From: a virus
Length of the DNA stretch: 64,000 nt
IMG/VR virus record: IMGVR_UViG_3300022752_004330
Span: 1 to 64,000 of that record
Direction: 5' to 3' (one strand)
Below are positions 27,150-35,195 of this stretch, piece by piece; the stretch's first letter is position 1, and each line of letters opens with the position of its first letter. The translations under genes were made by a program, and so were the position numbers. Under the pieces are notes generated by a model. That model was not told where the DNA came from. It did no database searches and was given only the letters and a program-made list of their open reading frames with translations.

Positions 27150-27567
27150 ACATTGGGGTAAGGAGTCATGGATTCAAGATGGACAAAGCACTCCGTATGC
27201 TTTTAAACGAATTATGTTTTTGGCAGGACATAGAACAAGTCTTCAAGTACATAGAAAAAAGATAGAAACAAATTATGTATTAAAAGGTAAAGGAACATTA
27301 CTTTTAAGCAAGGTTCAATTAGATATTGATAAGTTCTTAATCATCGGCATGTCTGAACAAGAAATAAAAGATTTTGAATCTCAATGTGAAAATATTACGC
27401 TAGAACAAGATATGAATTTTACAATTTATCCAGGTTACGTTCATCGTGTCACGGCAATTACAGATTTAGAATTCTTTGAAGTAAGTTCTCCTGAATTAGA
27501 TGATGTATATAGGTTACAGGACGATCATGGAAGAACTCATGGAAGAATACAATCAGAACATAAATGA
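27130..27567 (+). CDS. Cupin, mannose-6-phosphate isomerase C-terminal / sugar isomerase-like
   Basis: V.K.WG.E, TSLQVH..K.ET, HRV, EVS.P..DD..R..D..GR. Confidence 0.85.
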   Translation: MIKQVNKHWGKESWIQDGQSTPYAFKRIMFLAGHRTSLQVHRKKIETNYVLKGKGTLLLSKVQLDIDKFLIIGMSEQEIKDFESQCENITLEQDMNFTIYPGYVHRVTAITDLEFFEVSSPELDDVYRLQDDHGRTHGRIQSEHK

Positions 27568-29083
27568 CCCTCTAGTAGTCATACCTACAGCAGGATTAGG
27601 ATCTAGATTAGGATATCTTACTCATAGTTTTAACAAATCCTTATTACCTTTTCAAAATAAACCAATTTTATCACATATAATTGAAAATTTTCCGAAAAAT
27701 TCAAGTTTCTTAATTATTTTAGGATTTCAGGCCGAACAGGTAAAAGATTTCTGTAAACTAGCTTACCCTGAACTCCATTTTACTTTTATAATCGTAGATG
27801 ACTATGAATCCAACAAGGCTGGCCCCGGATATTCATTATTATATGCTCGACAATACATAAACAGAAGCTTTTGGTATGTGCCATGCGATACAATTTTTAA
27901 ACACAAATTTAAATCATATGAGCCTAATGAAGATACTTTTTTTGTCGCAGTTAATGATAACCATATAGATTATACTACCTTTGAGATAATAGATAGTAGA
28001 ATTACAAGTATTAAATTTAAAGAAAATTCTCCAGAAAATTATCTAGTGTTCACTGGTTTATCTTTTATAAAAAACTATAAAGAATTTTTGAATAATATAC
28101 ATGAAGCCGGTGGTTTAGAAATGATATCAGGTATTTCCATTGGTAGTAAGGCAGATACCTTAGATTCATGGTCTGATATGGGAAATATAAATTTATATAA
28201 AAAATTACAAACGGGTTTTGATTTTTCTAAGACTGAAGAGTATACTTATCGAGTTGGAAATAAAGTATTAAAATGGAACAAAGATAAAAATATTACTTTG
28301 AAAAAATACAAACGCTGGAGGTTTAACTCGTCTATAGTGCCTAAAAATTGTCTTCATTTTAATAATTGGTTAACTTATGATTATTTTCCAGGTAATGTGC
28401 TTTATGATAAACATGATATTCTTACTCTTGAAAATTTGTTAACATGGCTTAAGGAAAAAGTGTGGATAAAAAAAGAAATAAATCTATATGAGGCCAGTAA
28501 GAATTTTTATTTTCAAAAGACTAAACTTAGATTAGAAAGTTTCTTTACAAAATATCCCAATCTGCCAAATATCTCAAAGATTAATAATTTAGATGTTAGG
28601 CCTTATGATTACTATTTTAGTAAGATTGATTGGAATATATTGTTTTCAGAAAATGTTAGCGCCTTTATTCATGGAGACCTGCAATTTGATAATATTATAA
28701 TAGATTCAAATAAGAATTTTTGTATGATAGATTGGCGAACAGATTTTGGAGGAGAAATAGCAGCCGGGGATATACATTACGATCTTGCTAAACTGCTATG
28801 TGGATTTATTATTGACTATACTAGAATAAAAAATAACGATTTTAAAATTAGTTTTGATACTAACCATGTATTCTTAGAAATTCCTAATATTTTGAACAAT
28901 AAAGAGTACACTAATATAGTTGAACGATTTATTCATGATGAAGGATATTGTTTTAAAAAAGTTCAAACACTGGTACCTTTAATATTTTGGAATATGTCTC
29001 CACTACATAGTGCCCCTTTCGATTTATTTTTGTTTTACTTAGGAATAAAATTATTTGCAGAATTAGAGAATGAAGTTTTATAG
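27500..29083 (+). CDS. Nucleotidyltransferase fused to an APH/choline-kinase-like phosphotransferase
   Basis: VIPTAGLGSRL...NKSLL N-terminally; IHGDLQFDN, IDWR and YDLAKL C-terminally; true start may be 27527 or 27539. Confidence 0.85.
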   Translation: MMYIGYRTIMEELMEEYNQNINDPLVVIPTAGLGSRLGYLTHSFNKSLLPFQNKPILSHIIENFPKNSSFLIILGFQAEQVKDFCKLAYPELHFTFIIVDDYESNKAGPGYSLLYARQYINRSFWYVPCDTIFKHKFKSYEPNEDTFFVAVNDNHIDYTTFEIIDSRITSIKFKENSPENYLVFTGLSFIKNYKEFLNNIHEAGGLEMISGISIGSKADTLDSWSDMGNINLYKKLQTGFDFSKTEEYTYRVGNKVLKWNKDKNITLKKYKRWRFNSSIVPKNCLHFNNWLTYDYFPGNVLYDKHDILTLENLLTWLKEKVWIKKEINLYEASKNFYFQKTKLRLESFFTKYPNLPNISKINNLDVRPYDYYFSKIDWNILFSENVSAFIHGDLQFDNIIIDSNKNFCMIDWRTDFGGEIAAGDIHYDLAKLLCGFIIDYTRIKNNDFKISFDTNHVFLEIPNILNNKEYTNIVERFIHDEGYCFKKVQTLVPLIFWNMSPLHSAPFDLFLFYLGIKLFAELENEVL

Positions 29084-29801
29084 TTTAAGCCAATATCCGG
29101 GAACTACCGGAAAGAAGTTCTACGAACATTTTTTTAAAAAATATGGTTTGAGTAATTCTTACACACCACTTGCTTGTAATTTAGAACAATTTGAATTCCA
29201 ATTTAGACATCTTATAGAAGATGAAGCAGATGGAATTAGTGTGAGTATGCCTTTTAAAAATATTGTATTAAAGAATTTAACCGAGTTGGATATAAGCTGT
29301 AAAGATTACTTATCTTGTAACACTGTCATTGTTAAAAATAATAGGCGGACAGGTTATAATACTGATATTCAAGGTATTTACTATGTAGCATCCTTTATAC
29401 AGAAAATGGACAGAATTTCTATTCTAGGGCAGGGTGCTCTTGGAAAGATGTTTACTAAATTCTTTAAAACAAATCATTATCATAGAACAAAGGTTTATAG
29501 TCGTCATGAAGGAAATTTTAATGATAGGCACACCCCTACAGATATTTTAATTAATTGTACAGGAATAGGAACAGTAAATACTGATAGTCCAGTTGAGTTT
29601 ATACCAAAAAATACAAGACTAATTGTTGATCTTAGCCTTACAGAAAATAAACTTTTTCAACAGTGTTTAGATACAGAAGTTCAATATATAAAAGGGCTAG
29701 ATTTCTATTTAAGGGTATTTCAAAAACAATTTAGTTTATATGCAGGTATTGAACTTTCAATAAATGAAATAGAAGAAGATATTTCCTTAATTTTATTATG
29801 A
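29070..29801 (+). CDS. Shikimate-dehydrogenase-fold oxidoreductase
   Basis: GISVSMPFK, CNTV, GYNTD..G, ILGQGALG, INCT.IG. Confidence 0.8.
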   Translation: MKFYSLSQYPGTTGKKFYEHFFKKYGLSNSYTPLACNLEQFEFQFRHLIEDEADGISVSMPFKNIVLKNLTELDISCKDYLSCNTVIVKNNRRTGYNTDIQGIYYVASFIQKMDRISILGQGALGKMFTKFFKTNHYHRTKVYSRHEGNFNDRHTPTDILINCTGIGTVNTDSPVEFIPKNTRLIVDLSLTENKLFQQCLDTEVQYIKGLDFYLRVFQKQFSLYAGIELSINEIEEDISLILL

Positions 29802-30280
29802 TAAAAAAATTAGTTTTTGATATAGATGGAGTATTCACCAATGGTAGCATACTATATAATGCACATGGTAAATCTTATAAAATTTTCGGACCTCATGATA
29901 AAGATGGAATAAAAATTATAAGGAAATATATTAACGATATAAACTTTATAACGGCAGATACTTCAGGATGGGACATCACCTATGCAAGATTTGTTAAAGA
30001 TTGGAAAATTGATCCCAAAGATTTAATACTTGTTCCAGAAGAAAGTAGATTAGATTGGTTTTTAGATAATTGTGAGATGGAACAAACTGCATTTATGGGA
30101 GATGGATATTACGATGCTCCTATTCTTTCAAGGGTGAAAATAGGTATTTGCCCCGGCTCAGGAAGAATTGAAGCTCAACAGTCTGCTGACTATGTTACTC
30201 AAAGTCCAGGTGGAAATGGTGCTGTGTTGGATGCATGTTTATATTTAGAAAAGATTATGATCAAAAATGCTATTATCTAA
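29798..30280 (+). CDS. KdsC-like HAD phosphatase
   Basis: FDIDGVFTNG, FMGD..YD, ADYVT..GG.GAV. Confidence 0.85.
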   Translation: MIKKLVFDIDGVFTNGSILYNAHGKSYKIFGPHDKDGIKIIRKYINDINFITADTSGWDITYARFVKDWKIDPKDLILVPEESRLDWFLDNCEMEQTAFMGDGYYDAPILSRVKIGICPGSGRIEAQQSADYVTQSPGGNGAVLDACLYLEKIMIKNAII

Positions 30281-31289
30281 ATTTAAAATTGGGGTAGGTC
30301 CTATGAGCTCTGAAATAATTAATCTTATTTTAGAATATGCTCATATTACCGAAACGCCGATAATGATAATTGCTAGTAGGAATCAGGTTGATCATGACCT
30401 AGGATATGTAAGTAATACAAGGAACTTAGTAGCTAAAATTAAAAGTAGTATTTACTATGACTCTTCTAAAATATTAATTTGTAGAGATCATTGTGGTCCA
30501 TATTTTAGAGATGATGAAAAATCTAAAAATATTACTCAAGCTACTGCCAATTGTCTGGCTACCATTGAAAATGATATCGAGAATGGATTCGATATTTTAC
30601 ATATTGATGTAGGAAAAGTAAACAAAGACCCTTATAAAATTGCCGACAGCCTTATTTCCAGAGCACTGCATTTAAATCCTGAAATTATATTAGAATTTGG
30701 TAGTGAAGACAACACCATGGAAAATTTAGATGATTTGACACATCTAAATAATAATATAAATTATGTAAAACAATTTAAAAATGTAAAGTTTTTAGTGAAT
30801 AAGACCGGGAGTTTAACGAAACATACACAGGTAGGTAATTTTATTCTAAATAGAAATAGATCTATAGCCGATAAAATTCATGCCGAGGGGCTATTGTTTA
30901 AAGAGCATAATGCAGATTATCTAAATAAGGAACAACTTTTGTTACGGAAATTGTGTGGAATTGATGCTATCAATATAGCTCCTGAGCTTGCCTGTGCCCA
31001 AACAAAATGTCTTTTACAATTTGCACCATACTTTCCTGCATCATTTTTTGAATTCAAGAATTTCGTTTTAAAAAGCGAATTATGGAAAAAATGGACAGAT
31101 TATGATAATAAAGAGTTACAATTTGTAGTTAGTGCCCATTATTTTTATAACCATAAACTAGGTATTGATATTAGAATGACCTTAAACAAAATAGCTGAAT
31201 TTAAATCTTTATTAAGAAAAGAAGTTTTTTCTATTTTAGACAAATATAGTCATTACCTATTAAAAGATGAATATGATTCCTGTAAATAA
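30267..31289 (+). CDS. GatZ/KbaZ-like (class II tagatose-bisphosphate aldolase / C4-epimerase family) protein
   Basis: ASRNQVD...GY, RDHCGP, GFDILHID, KEHNADY, NIAPE. Confidence 0.75.
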   Translation: MLLSKFKIGVGPMSSEIINLILEYAHITETPIMIIASRNQVDHDLGYVSNTRNLVAKIKSSIYYDSSKILICRDHCGPYFRDDEKSKNITQATANCLATIENDIENGFDILHIDVGKVNKDPYKIADSLISRALHLNPEIILEFGSEDNTMENLDDLTHLNNNINYVKQFKNVKFLVNKTGSLTKHTQVGNFILNRNRSIADKIHAEGLLFKEHNADYLNKEQLLLRKLCGIDAINIAPELACAQTKCLLQFAPYFPASFFEFKNFVLKSELWKKWTDYDNKELQFVVSAHYFYNHKLGIDIRMTLNKIAEFKSLLRKEVFSILDKYSHYLLKDEYDSCK

Positions 31290-31818
31290 AGATGCTTTTA
31301 GTAGTGGACAAATATCTAGCAAACTATGGCTGTGTGAAGAACTAGAGAGAACTCGTTGGACCAGTAACGAAACAGCCATCTACGGTGGATGGTATGGTCT
31401 CACAGCATTTCTGTTACTAACTAGAAATAAATTTAAAGTTCATAAAATACGCAGTTATGATATTGACTCTAATTGTGAACCTATGGCAGACATGATAAAT
31501 GAAAATTGGGTTTGGCAGGATTGGAAGTTTAAGGCAATAACAGAAGATTGTAATATTCTTAAATCTACAGCTGATATAATCATCAATACTAGCACTGAGC
31601 ATTTTCATAGTAAACAATGGTTTGACAACATAAATTATGGTACAAGAGTTGTTCTTCAAGGCAATAATATGAAACACGAAGATCATGTTATACATTTTGA
31701 AAATCTGCAAGAATTTCTGCAAGAATTTCCTTTGACAAAAATTAATTATAGCGGACAATTAGATTTTGAATATCCTACTTGGAAATTTACAAGATTTATG
31801 TTAATCGGTATAAAATAA
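31267..31818 (+). CDS. Class I SAM-dependent methyltransferase-like protein
   Basis: SKLWL, GGWYG, SYDID, IINTSTEH, RFMLIG. Confidence 0.65.
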   Translation: MNMIPVNKDAFSSGQISSKLWLCEELERTRWTSNETAIYGGWYGLTAFLLLTRNKFKVHKIRSYDIDSNCEPMADMINENWVWQDWKFKAITEDCNILKSTADIIINTSTEHFHSKQWFDNINYGTRVVLQGNNMKHEDHVIHFENLQEFLQEFPLTKINYSGQLDFEYPTWKFTRFMLIGIK

Positions 31819-31829
31819 ATTCAAAATCT

Positions 31830-31858
31830 TTGCTTTTTGCCAGGTTTTATTATATAAT
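31830..31858 (+). promoter_or_regulatory. Sigma70-like promoter (TTGCTT-17-TATAAT)
   Basis: Upstream of the AAGGAGG RBS of the SleB gene. Confidence 0.55.
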
Positions 31859-31909
31859 TACCTTGCATAGTATAATTAATCTTACCGCTAACGAATAAGG
31901 AGGTCAATA

Positions 31910-32491
31910 ATGACTGAAATTACGCTAGACAGGGAACAAGCAGATCGGAACATCGTTAAAAATATTGCTATGGTTCTCGGTGTTCTATTAATGCTAGTAG
32001 GTTTATATATGTCTGTAAATCTACTGTCTTGGGCAATAAAACATAAATTACAGACAGTTGAAACTATCGAACCTTCTCAAATAACAGCTCAGGTTAGAGA
32101 AAGACAATTATCTTGCCTAGCAAAAAACATTTATCATGAAGCTGGTTCTGAACCTTTTGAAGGTAAGGTAGCAGTGGCACAGGTCACAATAAATCGGGCC
32201 AATAGCGAAGGTAAATTTCCAGGTGATATCTGTCACGTCATCTATCAGAAAAATTTATTTTATGATAAAGTACTTTGTCAGTTTAGTTGGGTCTGTGACA
32301 GAAACGTATTGTTTAATCCGAAACATCCCGAGATATACGATGAAAGCATGGAAGTAGCCAAAAAGGTACTACTTGAGGGGTTTAGACTTCCAAGTTTAAC
32401 TGAGGCGCTGTATTTTCATGCAGATTATATTAACCCGGGTTGGAAAAGGGAAAGGGTGGCTAAAATTGGGCGGCATATCTTCTACAAATAA
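31910..32491 (+). CDS. Cell wall hydrolase, SleB/Hydrolase_2 family, N-terminal TM anchor
   Basis: CLAKNIYHEA..E...GK.AVAQV..NR, CQFSW, YFHA, IG.HIFY. Confidence 0.9.
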   Translation: MTEITLDREQADRNIVKNIAMVLGVLLMLVGLYMSVNLLSWAIKHKLQTVETIEPSQITAQVRERQLSCLAKNIYHEAGSEPFEGKVAVAQVTINRANSEGKFPGDICHVIYQKNLFYDKVLCQFSWVCDRNVLFNPKHPEIYDESMEVAKKVLLEGFRLPSLTEALYFHADYINPGWKRERVAKIGRHIFYK

Positions 32492-32828
32492 ATTTAACGG
32501 CGTAGTTACAAAAATAACAGGGTTTGTAGCTAATATTCCAAATACAGTATGGGAGTTTTTGCGTAATCATCTTGGTAGGATCAGCGCACATACTCTTGGA
32601 TGGTTGACAATAATACTATTACATTTTGCCAGTATTCCTACATTGTTGGCAGTTTTAATGGCGCAAAATGATAAATTACCGCCCGTGGATCTTATGATCT
32701 TTGTGTGGAGTGGACTAATTACTTTCTTTTTTAAAAGTCTTATAGAACGTAACTTTCTGTACATTGCGACAATTTGTCTAGGCTTCGGAGCTCAAACAGT
32801 GATAATGAGTCTTATACTTTTCAAATAA
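32418..32828 (+). CDS. Membrane protein (about 3 TM), possible holin; start uncertain
   Basis: Hydrophobic segments; adjacent to the cell wall hydrolase. Confidence 0.55.
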   Translation: MQIILTRVGKGKGWLKLGGISSTNKFNGVVTKITGFVANIPNTVWEFLRNHLGRISAHTLGWLTIILLHFASIPTLLAVLMAQNDKLPPVDLMIFVWSGLITFFFKSLIERNFLYIATICLGFGAQTVIMSLILFK

Positions 32829-32836
32829 ATAATTTA

Positions 32837-33085
32837 ATGCGTATAAACGAATTATTAGAAAAGAAAATATCTGCTCCATCTGCCAGTCAATGTTCTGTAG
32901 GCAAGGCAAGGTTAAGTAATGTTCGCTATAGTCAATGCGTTAGTAGAGGCATGCTAAAACATGACAGCGAACATACAGCTGGTACTGGTAAACAAGGAAA
33001 AAAAGGAACCGGCGTTCGTCTTAAGGGCAAAAAGATGAAAAGCGTGATACACGGAGGTCCTGTGAAAGATTACGACGGCAAATAA
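32837..33085 (+). CDS. Basic hypothetical protein (MRINELLE...)
   Basis: Start reassigned to ATG 32837, 5 nt after TAAATA. Confidence 0.65.
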   Translation: MRINELLEKKISAPSASQCSVGKARLSNVRYSQCVSRGMLKHDSEHTAGTGKQGKKGTGVRLKGKKMKSVIHGGPVKDYDGK

Positions 33086-33426
33086 CCGTCCCAATCTCTT
33101 GTTTTTTCAATGAAAATTTCTAAAATTTCTTTATGATCTAAGTTTTGGAATTCTTTGCTTACTGTGTAAATTTTGTCTATGTCCATGGGTTCCATACCTT
33201 TTAATCCAATAAGTTCAATTATTTCTTGAAAACTTATTTCTTCATTTCTCATGCTGCTTACCCAAATACAAGTTACTAAACAGGCCATAAGCACAATTTT
33301 ATTATTATAGACTCCCTGTATTTCACACCATTCTACAGTGCGTTTGAGATAGTAATCTATATCTTCTAATCTATTTTCTAAGTTCTTGATCCAGTCTTGA
33401 GTGTCTGTTCTTAACCAAGGCTTCAT
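33070..33426 (-). CDS. Hypothetical protein (118 aa)
   Basis: ATGA-coupled to iscA. Confidence 0.7.
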   Translation of the reverse strand: MKPWLRTDTQDWIKNLENRLEDIDYYLKRTVEWCEIQGVYNNKIVLMACLVTCIWVSSMRNEEISFQEIIELIGLKGMEPMDIDKIYTVSKEFQNLDHKEILEIFIEKTRDWDGYLPS

Positions 33427-33749
33427 ACGCTAAAACTTTCTCCACATCCACATTTGGCCTTTTCGTTAGGATTTTTAAATTCAAACCCTTCGTTTAATCC
33501 TTGCTTGACCCAGTCCATTTCTAAACCGGTTAGATAAACCGCACTCTTACCATCCACATAAACTTTTACCCCGTGGTTATCATAGACAAATTGATCTCGG
33601 GTAATAGGCGGAGTATCAACATATTCTAGCACATAGGCTAGCCCACTACATCCTGTGGTCTTTACTCCTACCCTAATGCCTAGGCCTTTACCTCTGCGGG
33701 CAAGATTATGCTTTACTTTTTCTGCTGCTCTTTCAGTTAACGAGATCAT
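33423..33749 (-). CDS. iscA: Fe-S cluster assembly A-type carrier IscA
   Basis: [17 protein letters not shown]...CGCGESF. Confidence 0.92.
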   Translation of the reverse strand: MISLTERAAEKVKHNLARRGKGLGIRVGVKTTGCSGLAYVLEYVDTPPITRDQFVYDNHGVKVYVDGKSAVYLTGLEMDWVKQGLNEGFEFKNPNEKAKCGCGESFSV

Positions 33750-34130
33750 GTTTTTGTTTATAATCTGCTATTGCCGCTTTTATGGCATCTTCTGCGAGGA
33801 TTGAACAATGTATTTTTACTGGGGGGAGCGCCAGCTCTTCGGCAATCGCCGTATTACGTATTGTGGAAGCCTGGTCAAGAGTCTTGCCTTTAACCCATTC
33901 AGTAACCAGCGAACTACTAGCGATTGCACTGCCGCAACCATAAGTTTTAAATTTTGCATCGGTAATAACACCATCCTCTACCTTTATCTGTAGTTTCATC
34001 ACATCGCCCGTCAGCCGCAAGCGGGAGCACCGACCATGCCGGTTCCCACTTGCGCCATTTCCTCCTTATTAAAAGATCCTACGTTTCTGGGGTTCTCATA
34101 ATGATCCAGAACTTTTTCGCTGTAAGCCAT
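33733..34130 (-). CDS. iscU: Fe-S scaffold IscU, interrupted by an 8-nt insertion (34013-34006); 129 aa if the insert is skipped
   Basis: 5' part 34130-34014 reads [39 protein letters not shown]; 3' part 34005-33733 reads DVMKLQIKV...[10 protein letters not shown]...LPPVKIHCS. All three Cys and the LPPVK motif are intact. Confidence 0.9.
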
Positions 34131-34132
34131 TT

Positions 34133-34717
34133 TTATTCTCCTAAAATACTTCTAACAACTTCCATTGATTGGAATGAATCCCATTTCTTTCTGTTTTCTT
34201 CTCCTAAGATCCATCTTAAATTTTTCCTACTCCCTAATATAGAGGGATCTATTCCTAGCTCAAATCCTTGACGATAGGGAATAATATGATCCAACTGATA
34301 TTGATTTTTCCTTTTACCTGTGTCAGCAGGTATAAAACCTTCTTGTTTCATAGCATACCAAGATCGATATGTTGCTTTTCTAACTTCTCTCTTATATGCA
34401 GTAAAATTATCGTCTACATAATTCTTAGGACGCCGATTATTAACGCGACCATCTTTGTTAGGATTATCTTGTTTCCATCTTTTGCTTTGTTTTTCATTAG
34501 CAATGCCCTTATTCCAGCCCCATCCTTTTTTTAATCCTTCTCTGTTTTGTTTTGACTTTTGTTCTTCTGTCAGAGTTTTTCCTTTGTTCCAGGGTGTGTA
34601 TTCTCCTCTGTTCAAAGGATTTTTACATTTTTGTGAACAATAATCTAAAAATCTCGGCCTAGTTTCAAATTTTAAACTACAAAAAAGACAAGTTTTAATA
34701 ATGCCATATTTTTTCAT
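34133..34717 (-). mobile_element. Free-standing HNH homing endonuclease (Zn-finger + NUMOD3-like WNKG repeats + HNH)
   Basis: CLFC...YCSQKC, PWNKGKTLTEEQK, GWNKG, YQLDHIIP...NL...EN..K; probable start ATG 34717, 5 nt after TAAATA; sits between iscU and its divergent promoter. Confidence 0.75.
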
Positions 34718-34787
34718 AACATTATTTATCATCTCGGCGTGCCCGTTTGCGAGTTTAATTTTTAAATTCCTTTTTACTATACTAGCA

Positions 34788-34804
34788 TATTTACCAGGTA
34801 AATA
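34788..34804. promoter_or_regulatory. Back-to-back TAAATA late-type promoters (palindrome TATTTACC-A-GGTAAATA)
   Basis: Perfect 8-bp inverted repeat between divergent HNH/iscU/iscA and erpA. Confidence 0.6.
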
Positions 34805-34809
34805 CAAGC

Positions 34810-35133
34810 ATGATTGATATCACAACGTCCGCACAAAATAAGATACAAGAGTTACTTTTGGAAGAAAACAATCCTAATATAAAACTACGCACCTTTGTTC
34901 AAGGAGGTGGATGTTCTGGCTTTCAGTACGGGTTTACTTTTGATGAAGACCAAGCAGATGACGATTTTGAAATTCCAGTAGGCCAATTCAAAATTCTTGT
35001 AGATGCAATGAGTTTACAATATCTGCAAGGAGCAGAAATTGACTATGCAGACGATTTATCTGGTGCTAGTTTCAAAATTAAAAACCCAAATGCTGCTTCT
35101 TCATGCGGATGCGGAAATTCCTTTTCCATTTGA
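34810..35133 (+). CDS. erpA: Fe-S insertion protein ErpA (HesB family)
   Basis: [46 protein letters not shown]. Confidence 0.88.
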   Translation: MIDITTSAQNKIQELLLEENNPNIKLRTFVQGGGCSGFQYGFTFDEDQADDDFEIPVGQFKILVDAMSLQYLQGAEIDYADDLSGASFKIKNPNAASSCGCGNSFSI

Positions 35134-35134
35134 C

Positions 35135-35163
35135 TTGACAAAAAGCCAGATTTAACATATAAT
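35135..35163 (+). promoter_or_regulatory. Sigma70 consensus promoter for DNA ligase (TTGACA-17-TATAAT)
   Basis: TTGACA aaaagccagatttaaca TATAAT. Confidence 0.8.
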
Positions 35164-35195
35164 TATTGAATCGTAACTATTAACATTCATACACT

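Noticed and set aside
29070-29801. Canonical aroE for aromatic amino acid synthesis
   Set aside because: The N-terminal substrate motif is divergent (no SxSP), there are no other aro genes in the window, and it is embedded in a sugar-nucleotide operon.
34011-34013. TGA in iscU as selenocysteine or a reassigned stop codon
   Set aside because: In-frame readthrough gives CGG GCG ATG TGA and stops again, and the rest of IscU is in another frame. Other genes end normally at TGA, TAG and TAA, so there is no genome-wide recoding.
34006-34013. Insert as a self-splicing intron
   Set aside because: Eight nucleotides cannot form a group I/II core, and the HNH gene lies outside the iscU coding sequence. 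An intron remnant cannot be fully excluded.
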